A DNA stretch of 64,000 nt from Candidatus Magasanikiibacteriota bacterium (GCA_903893485.1 CAITMK010000014.1:66144-130143); one strand, 5' to 3'. Shown: positions 10,059 through 19,588, counted from the stretch's first letter. Translations and numbers: made by a program. Notes: generated from the letters alone by a model not told the origin.

Positions 10059-10373
10059 CTACTGTGCAAATCGCAACTCAGCAATTTGTTCGGCGCGTTT
10101 TAAATAGCCGACAATTTCATCGTGAAAATTGAGATTATCGTTGCGAAACAGTTGCATTTCTGTGGTTAGACGCTGCTCAACGTCTGTTAAGCGTAAATCA
10201 ATCGCTTCAATCCGTGCACTCAACCTTACTTCAACATCGTCGATTTTGGCAGTCAAATTAGTTTCAACTTCATCAATCCTTGCCGTTAACCGATCTTCGA
10301 CATCTAAAACCTGCTGCGTGGCTTGCACCGCAACCGCGCCAATCATTTCAATAATATCACCCTCCTTGATCAT
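10059..10373 (-). CDS. Small coiled-coil protein with four tandem 11-residue repeats
   Basis: LTARIDEVETN / LTAKIDDVEVR / LSARIEAIDLR / LTDVEQRLTTE, with a matching 33-nt periodicity in the DNA. Confidence 0.5.
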   Translation of the reverse strand: MIKEGDIIEMIGAVAVQATQQVLDVEDRLTARIDEVETNLTAKIDDVEVRLSARIEAIDLRLTDVEQRLTTEMQLFRNDNLNFHDEIVGYLKRAEQIAELRFAQ

Positions 10374-10493
10374 AATAAAAAAATATGAATAATTATTTGC
10401 ACTATACCAAACGAAAAATTTCTGTCAAATAAAAAAACGCCGACAGCTCCCGTGGGGAAACTGCCGGACATGGGGCTTTGCGCGGTCGCGTGA

Positions 10494-10988
10494 TTAGCCG
10501 CCCTGCGCCTCTGCACTGCGCCGGATGAGAACCGCCTCGGTTGGAGGCATCCGCATCTCTTCGAGCAGCCGTTGCAGCGACACGTGGTTGATGCAATTCC
10601 ATGTGCTGTAATGGATCGCCACAATGCCGTAGTCGCGCACGCTCTGCACGACCTCCGCGTTTTCATCGACGACGACATTGACTTCAAGCTCCTGGCACAG
10701 CACCGCCTTCTTGGAATCGTCATCGACCACATGGACATTGATGAGCGACGCGGCGAAACCGTCGAGCCAATACTTGAGCCACTCCTGCAAGAGATCGGCG
10801 TCGAGCTGCTCGCGCCCCGGCTTGGTGACGAAAACAAGGTTAACTTGATGTGAGCGCACGGCCCACATCAGTGTCTCGATCGCTTTTGGAAAAAACGGCA
10901 CTTTGCCGAATCCCCCGCGTTCGAATGCCTCGATTTGCGCGCCGTTAAACAGCGCCAAAGTATTTGCCACACCAAATGCAATTCGCAT
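10494..10988 (-). CDS. Hypothetical protein (GC-elevated segment)
   Basis: ORF with a GGAGGG Shine-Dalgarno 5 nt before the internal ATG (MRIAFGV…). No recognisable domain. GC is clearly higher than in flanking host genes. Confidence 0.5.
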   Translation of the reverse strand: MRIAFGVANTLALFNGAQIEAFERGGFGKVPFFPKAIETLMWAVRSHQVNLVFVTKPGREQLDADLLQEWLKYWLDGFAASLINVHVVDDDSKKAVLCQELEVNVVVDENAEVVQSVRDYGIVAIHYSTWNCINHVSLQRLLEEMRMPPTEAVLIRRSAEAQGG

Positions 10989-11145
10989 GACACCCTCCAT
11001 GAGTTGTGAAACTCGAGAAAAAAGCATACCACAAAATGGCCCGAAAGTCAAGGGTAATAGCTGCTTTTTTGTTCAAAATATAAAAATAAAAACAGGCAGC
11101 AACTTTTTGCAAAGTGCTGCCCGGAGCGAGGACGACGCGATCGCG

Positions 11146-11901
11146 CTAATCGTCATACGCTACAGAAACCTTGGTTGAACTGAACTGCGCCTCGCGCTTC
11201 ATGTCCAGGATAAAGTCCACTGCCTCGCCGTTGCTGCGATACGAAAGCTCGGACTGGTTGCAATCTGCCACCGCGCGCAAACCATTTTGCACGGTCGTGC
11301 GCACCAGCAGGTTGGCATCCTTGGAATACTGGCCGTCGTTGATAACCTTCACACGGACCGTGGCGCCACGCTTGCCAAACACGCGGATCAGCGTTTCCGC
11401 GCCATCGTACGGACCTTTGGTAATTTGCCGCGGGCACATGTAATTGAGCACGTGCGGCGCATTATCCTTCGTCCATTCTGAGCGTGGAATCACCTGCGGA
11501 ATTTGCAACTCCGCAGACTTTTCGGACAAATGGAATGGCGCCCGCTCCGCATATTCCAGAAATTTCTCGAACGCGACATCTTGCGTCGCCGTGTCGGTTG
11601 GCGAGCATGCCATTTGCGCCGCCGTGCCGCCGTTGAACAGCTGCAATTCGCAGTACACGTCGTGGATCTGTTCTGCAGACGAGGCGGCCTCTGGAAGTCC
11701 AACCGCCACGGATGTCACCGCTTCAATTGCAGGCGTCGGGTCCGACGGCACAATGTTCGCGATGAGTTCCTGGCGATACACGATGCACGCAATGAGAACC
11801 GCCAACGCCGCAGAAATAAGCAGCGCGCGATCAACCTGCCGCGCGTTCCAAAACGACCGTCCGATTTCACTTACCGGAATTCCTTTTGGGAATTTTTTCA
11901 T
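11146..11901 (-). CDS. Hypothetical N-terminally membrane-anchored protein (GC-elevated segment)
   Basis: 251 aa, one N-terminal TM segment (ALLISAALAVLIACIVY). No recognisable domain. Confidence 0.55.
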   Translation of the reverse strand: MKKFPKGIPVSEIGRSFWNARQVDRALLISAALAVLIACIVYRQELIANIVPSDPTPAIEAVTSVAVGLPEAASSAEQIHDVYCELQLFNGGTAAQMACSPTDTATQDVAFEKFLEYAERAPFHLSEKSAELQIPQVIPRSEWTKDNAPHVLNYMCPRQITKGPYDGAETLIRVFGKRGATVRVKVINDGQYSKDANLLVRTTVQNGLRAVADCNQSELSYRSNGEAVDFILDMKREAQFSSTKVSVAYDD

Positions 11902-11929
11902 GAGTCCTCCAACTCGGTGAGGGGGAAAG

Positions 11930-12370
11930 TTACCCGGGCACCATACCGGATTTTGGGGGTTTTGTCAATGGTGAGAGGGCCAAAAACTTTTGCATTTCGA
12001 TACAGACTTTTTCGTAGAGATTTTTTTCTGAGACGCGGATTGCGCAGAGACGCTGCGTGGCCCAAAGACGGAATTGCATGCCACGAACTGCCCGGAAATT
12101 CCGGACAGTTGGATTTCGCTCTAATTCACCCTCTTCGTACAGTTTCTGAACATGTTCAGAAACAGTGCGTTTATCTTTTTGAAAAAGATCGACCATTTGC
12201 ATAAGACTCAAACACACCGTTTCGTCCTGCAAACGCACCTGAACCTGCAGCGATCCATCGGCAGCTTCGTATAAAATAATTTGGTTTTGATGTTCCCCGC
12301 CCTGAGACAACATATTTTTAAAATTAAAATGGCATGCAAAAACTATGCCCGAACAAAAACCGAATGTCAA
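11930..12370 (-). pseudogene. RhuM-family (virulence-protein RhuM-like) gene remnant, internally deleted and C-terminally truncated
   Basis: N-terminus matches the RhuM family pattern (IILYEAADGSLQVQVRLQDETVCLSLMQMVDLFQKDKRTVSEHVQKLYEEGELE … NFR-AVRGMQFRLWATQRL). About 30 aa of the conserved middle (YNLD…GYRV) are missing, and the ORF ends about 200 aa early. Confidence 0.55.
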
Positions 12371-12547
12371 GAGTGGTTATGCACTTTTTGTGCACAGAAA
12401 ATTCCGTGAAATAAAAAAACACCACACCGCTTGAGCATCCTGGGTAGGATTGCAGCAAGCAATGTGGCGTCACTCAACTCGTTGTGTGAGTGTGACCCTT
12501 TCGGATCATTGCAGAGTCGCCGTTACTGAGGCGCTACTGCGTTGGAA

Positions 12548-14464
12548 CTACTGCGGCGTGAACGTGAACTTCGCGGTGCCCTTCACGTAGCCGTTCAGGT
12601 TCTTCGGGCCAGAGATGCCGTCGAACCAGAGGCGCTGATTGGGCTGACCCGTGCCGCTGAAGCTGATCGCCGTCTGACCGCCTTGCAGGCAATCCGACGC
12701 CGTCATTTCCTTCGGCAAATCCGGCCCGCAATTGACGGTCTGCTGCAGCATCATGAGGATGCTGGTGGAAGGCGAAACCGTCTTGTCCGGCGCAATCGTG
12801 ACCGAGACCTTCACGCTTTGCGGCGCGCTGATCACGTACACTTGCTCCGGGCCAGTCGCGCCCGAAACCGTCATGCCGTCCGCGCACGTCCATTTGTCCA
12901 CCGTTTGCTTTCCGGCGGGCGCAGTGGTCGTGTCGACGTTTTTGCTAATGACGAGCGTGCCGCTGCCCGTGTAAGTAACGTAGACCACGTCGCTGCACAC
13001 ATCGCACGCGCCGCCTTCGTCGATCTGCAAGTTGCAGTTGTCGTCGAAGCCGTTGCAGACCTCCGGCGCATTCGGGTGGACGCTCGCCTTCGAGTCGTCG
13101 CAGTCCGTGTCGTCAAGGATCCACTTGCCCACGGGCGCGCATGCCAGCGTCGTCACGGCCGCGTTGCCGTAGCCGTCGCCATCGCCGTCCCAGTAAAGCG
13201 TCAACTTCACGCCCTCGTCGATCTGCTTGTCGCAGTTGTCGTCGAGGCCGTTGCAAACCTCCTTGGCGCCCGGGTAGATGGCGGCGTTGGTGTCGTCGCA
13301 GTCCGTCGAGTCGCTCACGTAGCCGGCCGGAGCCGAGCACGCTTGCTTGGTGCTGCTGAGGTTGCCGAACTTGTCGCCATCCGTGTCGGCGTAGTAGGTC
13401 GTCTGAACGCCCTCGTCGATCTGCTTGTCGCAGTTGTCGTCGAGGCCGTTGCAAACCTCCTTGGCGCCCGGGTAGATGGCGGCGTTGGTGTCGTCGCAGT
13501 CCGTCTTGCTCGTGACCTTGAAGTTCGCGTCTGCCGAGCACTGGCACGAACCGCTACCGGCGCCGTAAGTGTCACCGTCCACATCAGCGTAGAACCAGGT
13601 GCAGTTGAGCACGTTGCCTGCCGGATCGACGCTGCCATCGCAGTTGTCATCGACGCCCACCGTACTGCAATCGTCCATGATGCCCGGGTGAATCTTGGGA
13701 TCCAGGTCGTTGCAGTCATCGGAACTGGTCACGTAGTTGAGCGGCTCGGTGCAGCCCATCTTCGTGCTCGAGGAAAGGCCATGACCGTCGCCGTCGCCGT
13801 CGAAATAGAACGTCGTCTGGACGCCGTTGTCGATGACGGTGTCGCAGTCATTGTCCTTGCCGTCGCACGTTTCCTTGACCGGCAGACCCTGCGTGCACGT
13901 CGGATTGGGGTCCAGCGTGCCGTCCGGTTTGCATGCCAAAGCGTCGCAGGCGCATTCGCCGACGCCCACTTTGGTGCCCGGAAAGCTCGCCTTCGGCGGC
14001 GTCATGCACAAGAAGCGCGTGATGCCGTCGGTGGTTTCCAGCGGCACGGGAACCGAGTCCACGCACTTGCTGTTGGTCGAGGCCGCCACCGCCGCATCGC
14101 AGCCGCCGGACGAAGTGCTGAACGACGCGTCGTCGAGACCCAGCGGCGAAGCCGAGCAATCGAACGCCATCGCATCGAAGTTGTACGGGCAATCCGGCGC
14201 GAGCACGCACTTCTGGATGCTCTTGTTCCACGCCCACTTGGTGCGGTGAATCGGATCATCGGGCAGCGCGTCGCACAGCGTCTGGCTGATGGCCAGCTTG
14301 GCCGTGAGCGCGAACGATTGCGAGCCGAACGTCGCCGTCGGCGCTTGGGGCGCGGTTTTCACCGCATCGAGCACCGCAGAACCGCTCTGCGGTGCGGTCG
14401 GACCGGCACAGCCGATCAGACTTGCCAGCGCACAAAGCGCCAGCAAAGGGTTGAACTTCTTCAT
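12548..14464 (-). CDS. Secreted lipoprotein with tandem MopE-like putative metal-binding Cys/Asp repeats (C-x-GxDDNCDxxIDEG … DGDGxG)
   Basis: Signal peptide with lipobox LIGC. At least 5 repeats of the MopE-type motif (DCDDTNAAIYPGAKEVCNGLDDNCDKQIDEGV). GC about 60-65% with GC3-rich codons. 638 aa. Confidence 0.8.
   Translation of the reverse strand: MKKFNPLLALCALASLIGCAGPTAPQSGSAVLDAVKTAPQAPTATFGSQSFALTAKLAISQTLCDALPDDPIHRTKWAWNKSIQKCVLAPDCPYNFDAMAFDCSASPLGLDDASFSTSSGGCDAAVAASTNSKCVDSVPVPLETTDGITRFLCMTPPKASFPGTKVGVGECACDALACKPDGTLDPNPTCTQGLPVKETCDGKDNDCDTVIDNGVQTTFYFDGDGDGHGLSSSTKMGCTEPLNYVTSSDDCNDLDPKIHPGIMDDCSTVGVDDNCDGSVDPAGNVLNCTWFYADVDGDTYGAGSGSCQCSADANFKVTSKTDCDDTNAAIYPGAKEVCNGLDDNCDKQIDEGVQTTYYADTDGDKFGNLSSTKQACSAPAGYVSDSTDCDDTNAAIYPGAKEVCNGLDDNCDKQIDEGVKLTLYWDGDGDGYGNAAVTTLACAPVGKWILDDTDCDDSKASVHPNAPEVCNGFDDNCNLQIDEGGACDVCSDVVYVTYTGSGTLVISKNVDTTTAPAGKQTVDKWTCADGMTVSGATGPEQVYVISAPQSVKVSVTIAPDKTVSPSTSILMMLQQTVNCGPDLPKEMTASDCLQGGQTAISFSGTGQPNQRLWFDGISGPKNLNGYVKGTAKFTFTPQ
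13209..13505. repeat. Intragenic direct repeat: two identical 99-bp copies (13209-13307 and 13407-13505) with a 198-bp period
   Basis: Exact identity by direct comparison of the two stretches. They encode an identical 33-aa MopE-like motif twice. Confidence 0.85.
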
Positions 14465-14708
14465 CTTTGAAATCTCCTGTCAAAAAACACGATCGCTCTT
14501 TCGAGCCTCCCTCCCCACCGCGCACTCGCGCAGTAGGTAATTGTCGGCGCCGGGATAAAACGCCTGACGAATTCATCTCCTTATTGATGTCGTCAGGATT
14601 TTCATCTTTTAAAAAATAGGACCCCGGCAGCAGCAGCGTTCTTGCCACTGCTACCGGGTGAATCATTTCTCGTCTGATTCAGACGTTGCGCGGCTCGTTG
14701 GCCTGCGC

Positions 14709-16398
14709 TTACTTCTTGAACTTGGCGCACCAATCCACGACACCGCCTGGACCAAACATGTCCGGCAAAGCGATGTTGCTCTCGATGTCAAAGTCACCGG
14801 GACCCAGATCCACGAGCGGCACCAAAGCGCCGAGCGGATCTTGTACCGTCATGTACGGACCGCCAATCGCGTAGTGATCCTTGCCCTTGTTGAGCATGGA
14901 ATACGCGGTGCCGCCAAATTCGATCGGCGGAGTACCCTTGGCCGCGCCGACGTCGTACGCGTCACAAAACAGCTGCGCCGAGATCTTCACTTCGGGCGAG
15001 ATGCCCGAGATGTAGTTCGGAGCACCCGCCAGCTTGAAGTAGCCCCAGCTATTCCCGATAGTGGTCAGGATCATAGCATACGGCGCCGGCGCGTACAAGC
15101 CCATGATGTCCGAGCTTTCGCCCGTGCTCATCGTGAAAAACAGCGGCGTCCATTCACAGCCAACCTGCGAGTCGCAGGTGTCCAACGTCCAGTACTTCTG
15201 GTCGTTGCACTTGGCGGTGACCGTTGCGAAGGACCACGGAACAAACTGGCAGCCCAGCAGCGGCAGGCACGAATCGTCGGTGCACTTGTCGCCATCATCG
15301 CACGTCACGACCGTACCCTTGCAGGCAGCGGTCTTGTCGCAGATGTCGCCGTCTGTGCACAGATTGCCGTCCGTGCACGACTTGCCCACAATGGGCAGGT
15401 GCTTGAACACGCCGGTCTGCGGATCACACTTGGCGTCCTCCGTGCATTCGTTGCCGTCGTCCTCGAGCTTGGCCTCCGACAAGCACTTGCGCAGATCCGT
15501 ATCGCACGTCACCTGGATGCACAGATTGCCTTTGAATTGCGGCTGCGCGAGGCAGTCCGCATCCGTGTTGCAATCGTACGCCGGCAAACCTTCACAGGTG
15601 CCGGCCGTGCAAACGTCATTCTCCGTCGCCGGATTCCCGTCGTCGCACTTGCTGCCATCCTTCAGCTCCGCGGTCTGGCAGCCCAGCTTGGCGTCGCAGG
15701 AATCGGTCGTGCACGGGTTGCCGTCGTCGCACTTCAGGGTCGAACCTTTGCATGCGCCGACCGCACAAGTATCCGCTGTCGTGCATACGTTCCCGTCATC
15801 ACACGCCGCCGTGTTGTTCGCGTAGACGCAGCCCTTGGCTTTGTCGCACGAGTCATCGGTGCATGCGTTGCCGTCGTTGCAGGGCAACGTCGCGCCTTCG
15901 CACGAACCCGCCTTGCAGCTGTCGCCGGTGGTGCAGGCATCGCCGTCGTCGCACACGATTGCCGTGGCGATTGGTGACGCGACGCACTTGCCGAGCTTGG
16001 CATCACAGCTGCTGACGACGCACGGGTTGCTATTGTCGCAAACCACGGACACGCCCTTGCAGTAGCCAACGCCATCGCAGGCGTCGCCGGTGGTGCACGC
16101 GAGCTTGTCGTCGCACGCCGTGCCTTCCTTGGGATACGTCGCGCCTTTCGGCCGAACGCATTGCCCGGAAACGCACGTGAACTGGACATCGCATGTGGTC
16201 TTGTTCAGCGGCGCGCAATCCGGATTCGTTTCGCACAGCACGATTTGTGCCACAGAAACGTCCGGCGCGGGCGCCTGAACATCGACCTGAACGCTGCCGG
16301 CGTCCTCGGTGGGCGCGCTACCGCCCGAACCAGCTGCCTGCGTACAGCCCGCGACAATCGCGAACGGCACGCAGAGTTTGATCAAACGCGTGAACATG
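14709..16398 (-). CDS. Secreted lipoprotein with about 12 or more Myxococcota-type cysteine-rich disulfide repeats (C-x-DGN-x-CT-x-D-x-C)
   Basis: Probable start MFTRLIKLCVPFAIVAGC (lipobox VAGC). Repeats such as CDDGDACTTGDSC, CNDGNACTDDSC, CDDGNVCTTADTC, CDDGNPCTTDSC. C-terminal roughly 170 aa is non-repetitive. GC-rich. Confidence 0.8.
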
Positions 16399-16573
16399 AT
16401 AAACCTCCGAAACAAGTTGAGACACTGTTGGCACACAAGAAAAAGAGCCGAGGAGCAACCGCGAGAAATAACCGTGAGGAATCTCCCCGCAGATCAACCC
16501 CCGACGCCAAAGAATTTGGAGAGGGAGCGACATATGAGAGTATCACAATCCCGCAACAATGTCAAGCCTCTAA

Positions 16574-16628
16574 AATAAAAAAAGACCCCCGAAACCAACC
16601 GCGCGTGATGCGTTGTTGGTCCGGGGAG
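16574..16628 (-). terminator. Candidate rho-independent terminator downstream of the third island lipoprotein
   Basis: Imperfect GC-rich hairpin (CCCCGGACCAAC…GTTGGTTTCGGGG) followed on the minus strand by a T run of at least 8. Confidence 0.45.
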
Positions 16629-16679
16629 TCGGTTGTGGTATTGGGCGCCGGTCGGCGATGCAATACGAGGGGGTGACCG

Positions 16680-18032
16680 CTAGAAGAAGCGATCGAGGAT
16701 GCGGTAGGCGTCGCACGTAAGTGTGCCGAACATCGCCGTCTTGCCCGTACCGGCCGGCAACGTACCGTTGCTGATCGTGTACTGGTTCGGGACGATGTAG
16801 TCGACCGTCGTCACGTTGTTCGGGCCCGTGGTAAGGACCTGAAACGCGTGATTCGTGCCGACTTTCTTGGTTGCCGACGTGCAGCTTGAGCCGATGTAGC
16901 CGGGCGAGAAGTCGCCGGCCGCCCACTTGATGTAGAAGCCCGCGCCGTTCGCGCTGCTGTTCACCTTGCTGCACCACTTGTTGCTCACGCCGACCTGGGT
17001 CATGTTGAGCGAGTCGCCGTCCAAGGACCAGATGCCGCCGTACACGAACTCGCCGTTCACGGAAACGATCTGATCATCGGCCTGCACGCACACTTTGTAC
17101 TGGCCGCCGCTTTGCGCCGGCGTTCCGGTGTGCGAACACGTGATCTTGCTGGTGTCCGTGGTGGGCGTGGTCGTGCCGGTGCACTGGTCGAGCGTCGCGG
17201 CGTTGGCGTCATCGCAGAGGAAATCCGCGCTGACGGTGGGGTCAGTGGTCGGCGCGCAGCCGATCTGAATCCCGTTTTGCCACTGGCACATGCCTTTCAG
17301 CATGGCCTGCTTCTGGACGCCTTTCGCGCTGCAGTAGTACGTCGGCGAACCGTCGCACAAGCTGGGATCCGAGCAAGCGAACACGCCATTCAGCGCGTTG
17401 CACGCGCCGGTGAGCGAGTTGCAGACCTGGCCCGCCGGGCAGCTGTTTTGCGTGCAGCTTTGCGGCGCCGTGTTGGGAGTGTTGGTGCACTTGAAGGTGT
17501 TCCAATCCCCCGTGCACGAATCAGTCGTGCTCGGATCGTTGTCGCTGCAGCTGTAGGGCTGCGACGGCTGATTCGAGTCGTACTCGCAGTACTGCCCCGC
17601 GCCCGTGCCGAAGCACATGCCCGTGAAAAAGTACTGCGTGGCCACGCCGGCATCACAATGACGCGACGTCAGCTGACAGGTGACCCCGTCGCAGACGTGC
17701 GCCACTTTGTTGGGATCCACCTGCGGCACCGAGCACACGCCCGTGTCGCAAATCTGGTTCCCGGTGCACGTGCCGCACGAGCCGCCGCAGCCATCGCTGC
17801 CGCAGTCGTGCGTGCCGCACTTGGGCGTGCACGCGTCGGCCGAAGCCGTCGCGTCCGTGCCGTTGCTGGTGTCCGAGTTGCTCGCATCCGCCGCCGCGCA
17901 GCTGGCGCAGTCCGTGGACAAACCCACAATGGGCTGGTCGGCAGGCTGGTCGACCGGGATGGCGCAGCCGGTGAAACCGGTGGCGCAGACCAACGCACAC
18001 GCGATGGCCAGAAACTTCTTGACGTTCAACAT
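16680..18032 (-). CDS. Secreted Cys-rich lipoprotein (CGxxDCGxDGCGGSCGTC motif) with a C-terminal beta-rich lectin-like domain
   Basis: Start MLNVKKFLAIACALVCATGFTGC (lipobox FTGC). Many Cys in the N-terminal two thirds. C-terminal roughly 170 aa is Gly/Ser/Asn-rich and predicted beta-rich. Confidence 0.75.
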   Translation of the reverse strand: MLNVKKFLAIACALVCATGFTGCAIPVDQPADQPIVGLSTDCASCAAADASNSDTSNGTDATASADACTPKCGTHDCGSDGCGGSCGTCTGNQICDTGVCSVPQVDPNKVAHVCDGVTCQLTSRHCDAGVATQYFFTGMCFGTGAGQYCEYDSNQPSQPYSCSDNDPSTTDSCTGDWNTFKCTNTPNTAPQSCTQNSCPAGQVCNSLTGACNALNGVFACSDPSLCDGSPTYYCSAKGVQKQAMLKGMCQWQNGIQIGCAPTTDPTVSADFLCDDANAATLDQCTGTTTPTTDTSKITCSHTGTPAQSGGQYKVCVQADDQIVSVNGEFVYGGIWSLDGDSLNMTQVGVSNKWCSKVNSSANGAGFYIKWAAGDFSPGYIGSSCTSATKKVGTNHAFQVLTTGPNNVTTVDYIVPNQYTISNGTLPAGTGKTAMFGTLTCDAYRILDRFF

Positions 18033-18283
18033 GACAGACTCCTCAAGCAATAAGGCCGATTAGGCCGTGGGTGAAAAACAAACTGACACTGGAAAGGAAC
18101 GCAGAACTTCTGTGCGACGAATTACGTCGTAAACAAAAGCACTGAGTTCGCCTGACAAGCTGCGTGTTATGAAGGAGGGAGCATAACAGCTACTCGTCAG
18201 ACGAACTCAGCGCTCATGGCTTTTGTTGTCCGGGATGCTATTATCAGATGCTTTATATTAGTTGTCAAGAAACGTCCTGTGGA

Positions 18284-18340
18284 AAAAAATCTCCGGGGTG
18301 GTCGACAAGCGTTATTGCTTGCCGACCACCCCTTCGTTGT
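18284..18340 (-). terminator. Rho-independent terminator after the OMP gene
   Basis: Perfect 10-bp stem GGGGTGGTCG / CGACCACCCC followed on the minus strand by GGAGATTTTTTT. Confidence 0.5.
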
Positions 18341-18363
18341 TGCTCTTGCCGCCGGTTAGGTGA

Positions 18364-19335
18364 CTAGAAGCCGTACTGGATCCCGAACGTGACGCCGAGC
18401 ACCGGATCGAACTTGACGCCGTGGTCCAGGTTGCCCCGGAGGTCAAACGCGAAATTCGACTTGCCCATGAAAATCTCCGCACCCAGCGCCCCGCCGAACC
18501 GGTTTTCCGTCACATTGTGACTGAACCCGTTTTCAGCGATGCTGACCGCGTGGAAGCCGGCGTAGATCGCAAATTCGCGATGAAAATCGATCTTGGCCGC
18601 TGCCAGGTAATCGATCTCCGCGTGATTGTCGCCGCCGAAGGCCATGCGCACATCGAACTTGCCGTCCAGCCACTGGTGGCCGAACGATTCGATGCCGAGG
18701 CCAAAGCCACCGATGCCCGTCTGGTTCACGCCGCCGAAACCGGCGAGGATGAACTTCCACGAGGACGGCACGTTGGCGATCGGATTGACCCGGGGCGCCT
18801 GCGGCACGTACTGCTGCGGTTGCGGCTGCGGCGTGACCAGTTCCTTCCGGAGCTGCTTGAGCCCCGTCCACGCCGCCTGGGCGATGACCAAAGCCTCGCG
18901 AGCTTCGGACGCCGTCTGCAGCGTGTTGACCAGGATGCCGGCCTGCCGCGCCCGCATCAGCCGCAACGCGACGTCGTCGTCGTGATACTTGATCACTTCG
19001 ACGATGCGCGTGGCGGACACCACGCAACGGGGGTTGCGGAGCTGATCGTGAATCTTCTCGAGGGCGCTCACGCGCACGACGAGAGACGTGATCAGCTGCT
19101 GCGACAACCCGTTCGCACTCGCCTGCCCAGCCATCTGCTGGATCGTGGCGTTGCGCTCGGTCTTGGCCATGTCGGTCAACGTATCGACCGCTTTCGCCGC
19201 CTCCGCCCGCATCTCCGGAGAGAGCGGGCGATCGTCCGGCGCAGCGGGCGCCAAATTGACCTGCTGCGCAAACGCAGCCGGGGCCGAGACACAGAACATC
19301 AAGGTCGCCATCGCGACCGTCATCAACTTCTTCAT
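18364..19335 (-). CDS. Outer-membrane beta-barrel protein (signal peptide, C-terminal …GIQYGF)
   Basis: Cleavable signal (…SAPAAFAQQ). C-terminal about 150 aa show alternating hydrophobic beta-strand pattern ending in an aromatic-x-F terminus typical of BAM substrates. Confidence 0.65.
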   Translation of the reverse strand: MKKLMTVAMATLMFCVSAPAAFAQQVNLAPAAPDDRPLSPEMRAEAAKAVDTLTDMAKTERNATIQQMAGQASANGLSQQLITSLVVRVSALEKIHDQLRNPRCVVSATRIVEVIKYHDDDVALRLMRARQAGILVNTLQTASEAREALVIAQAAWTGLKQLRKELVTPQPQPQQYVPQAPRVNPIANVPSSWKFILAGFGGVNQTGIGGFGLGIESFGHQWLDGKFDVRMAFGGDNHAEIDYLAAAKIDFHREFAIYAGFHAVSIAENGFSHNVTENRFGGALGAEIFMGKSNFAFDLRGNLDHGVKFDPVLGVTFGIQYGF

Positions 19336-19588
19336 GACGAACTCCTACACAGTAAAGTGACCGCGAGGGCCACGAAAGAAACTACCAGTGAAAAGGGCGC
19401 GTGCTAAGTATCCGATCGGACACCTACCACTTCTGCTTTTGAGAGCATATCTGTACTGCCTAAAGCAACACGGACATGATCTTAAAATAATCGTCCTGGG
19501 GAGCGAAATCGTGGATTCGGCGGTTGCCTTATCACACTTCTTCGCTCCCCAAGGAGTTTGCGCCCCAGTCACTTAGGGGCATTTGGCG

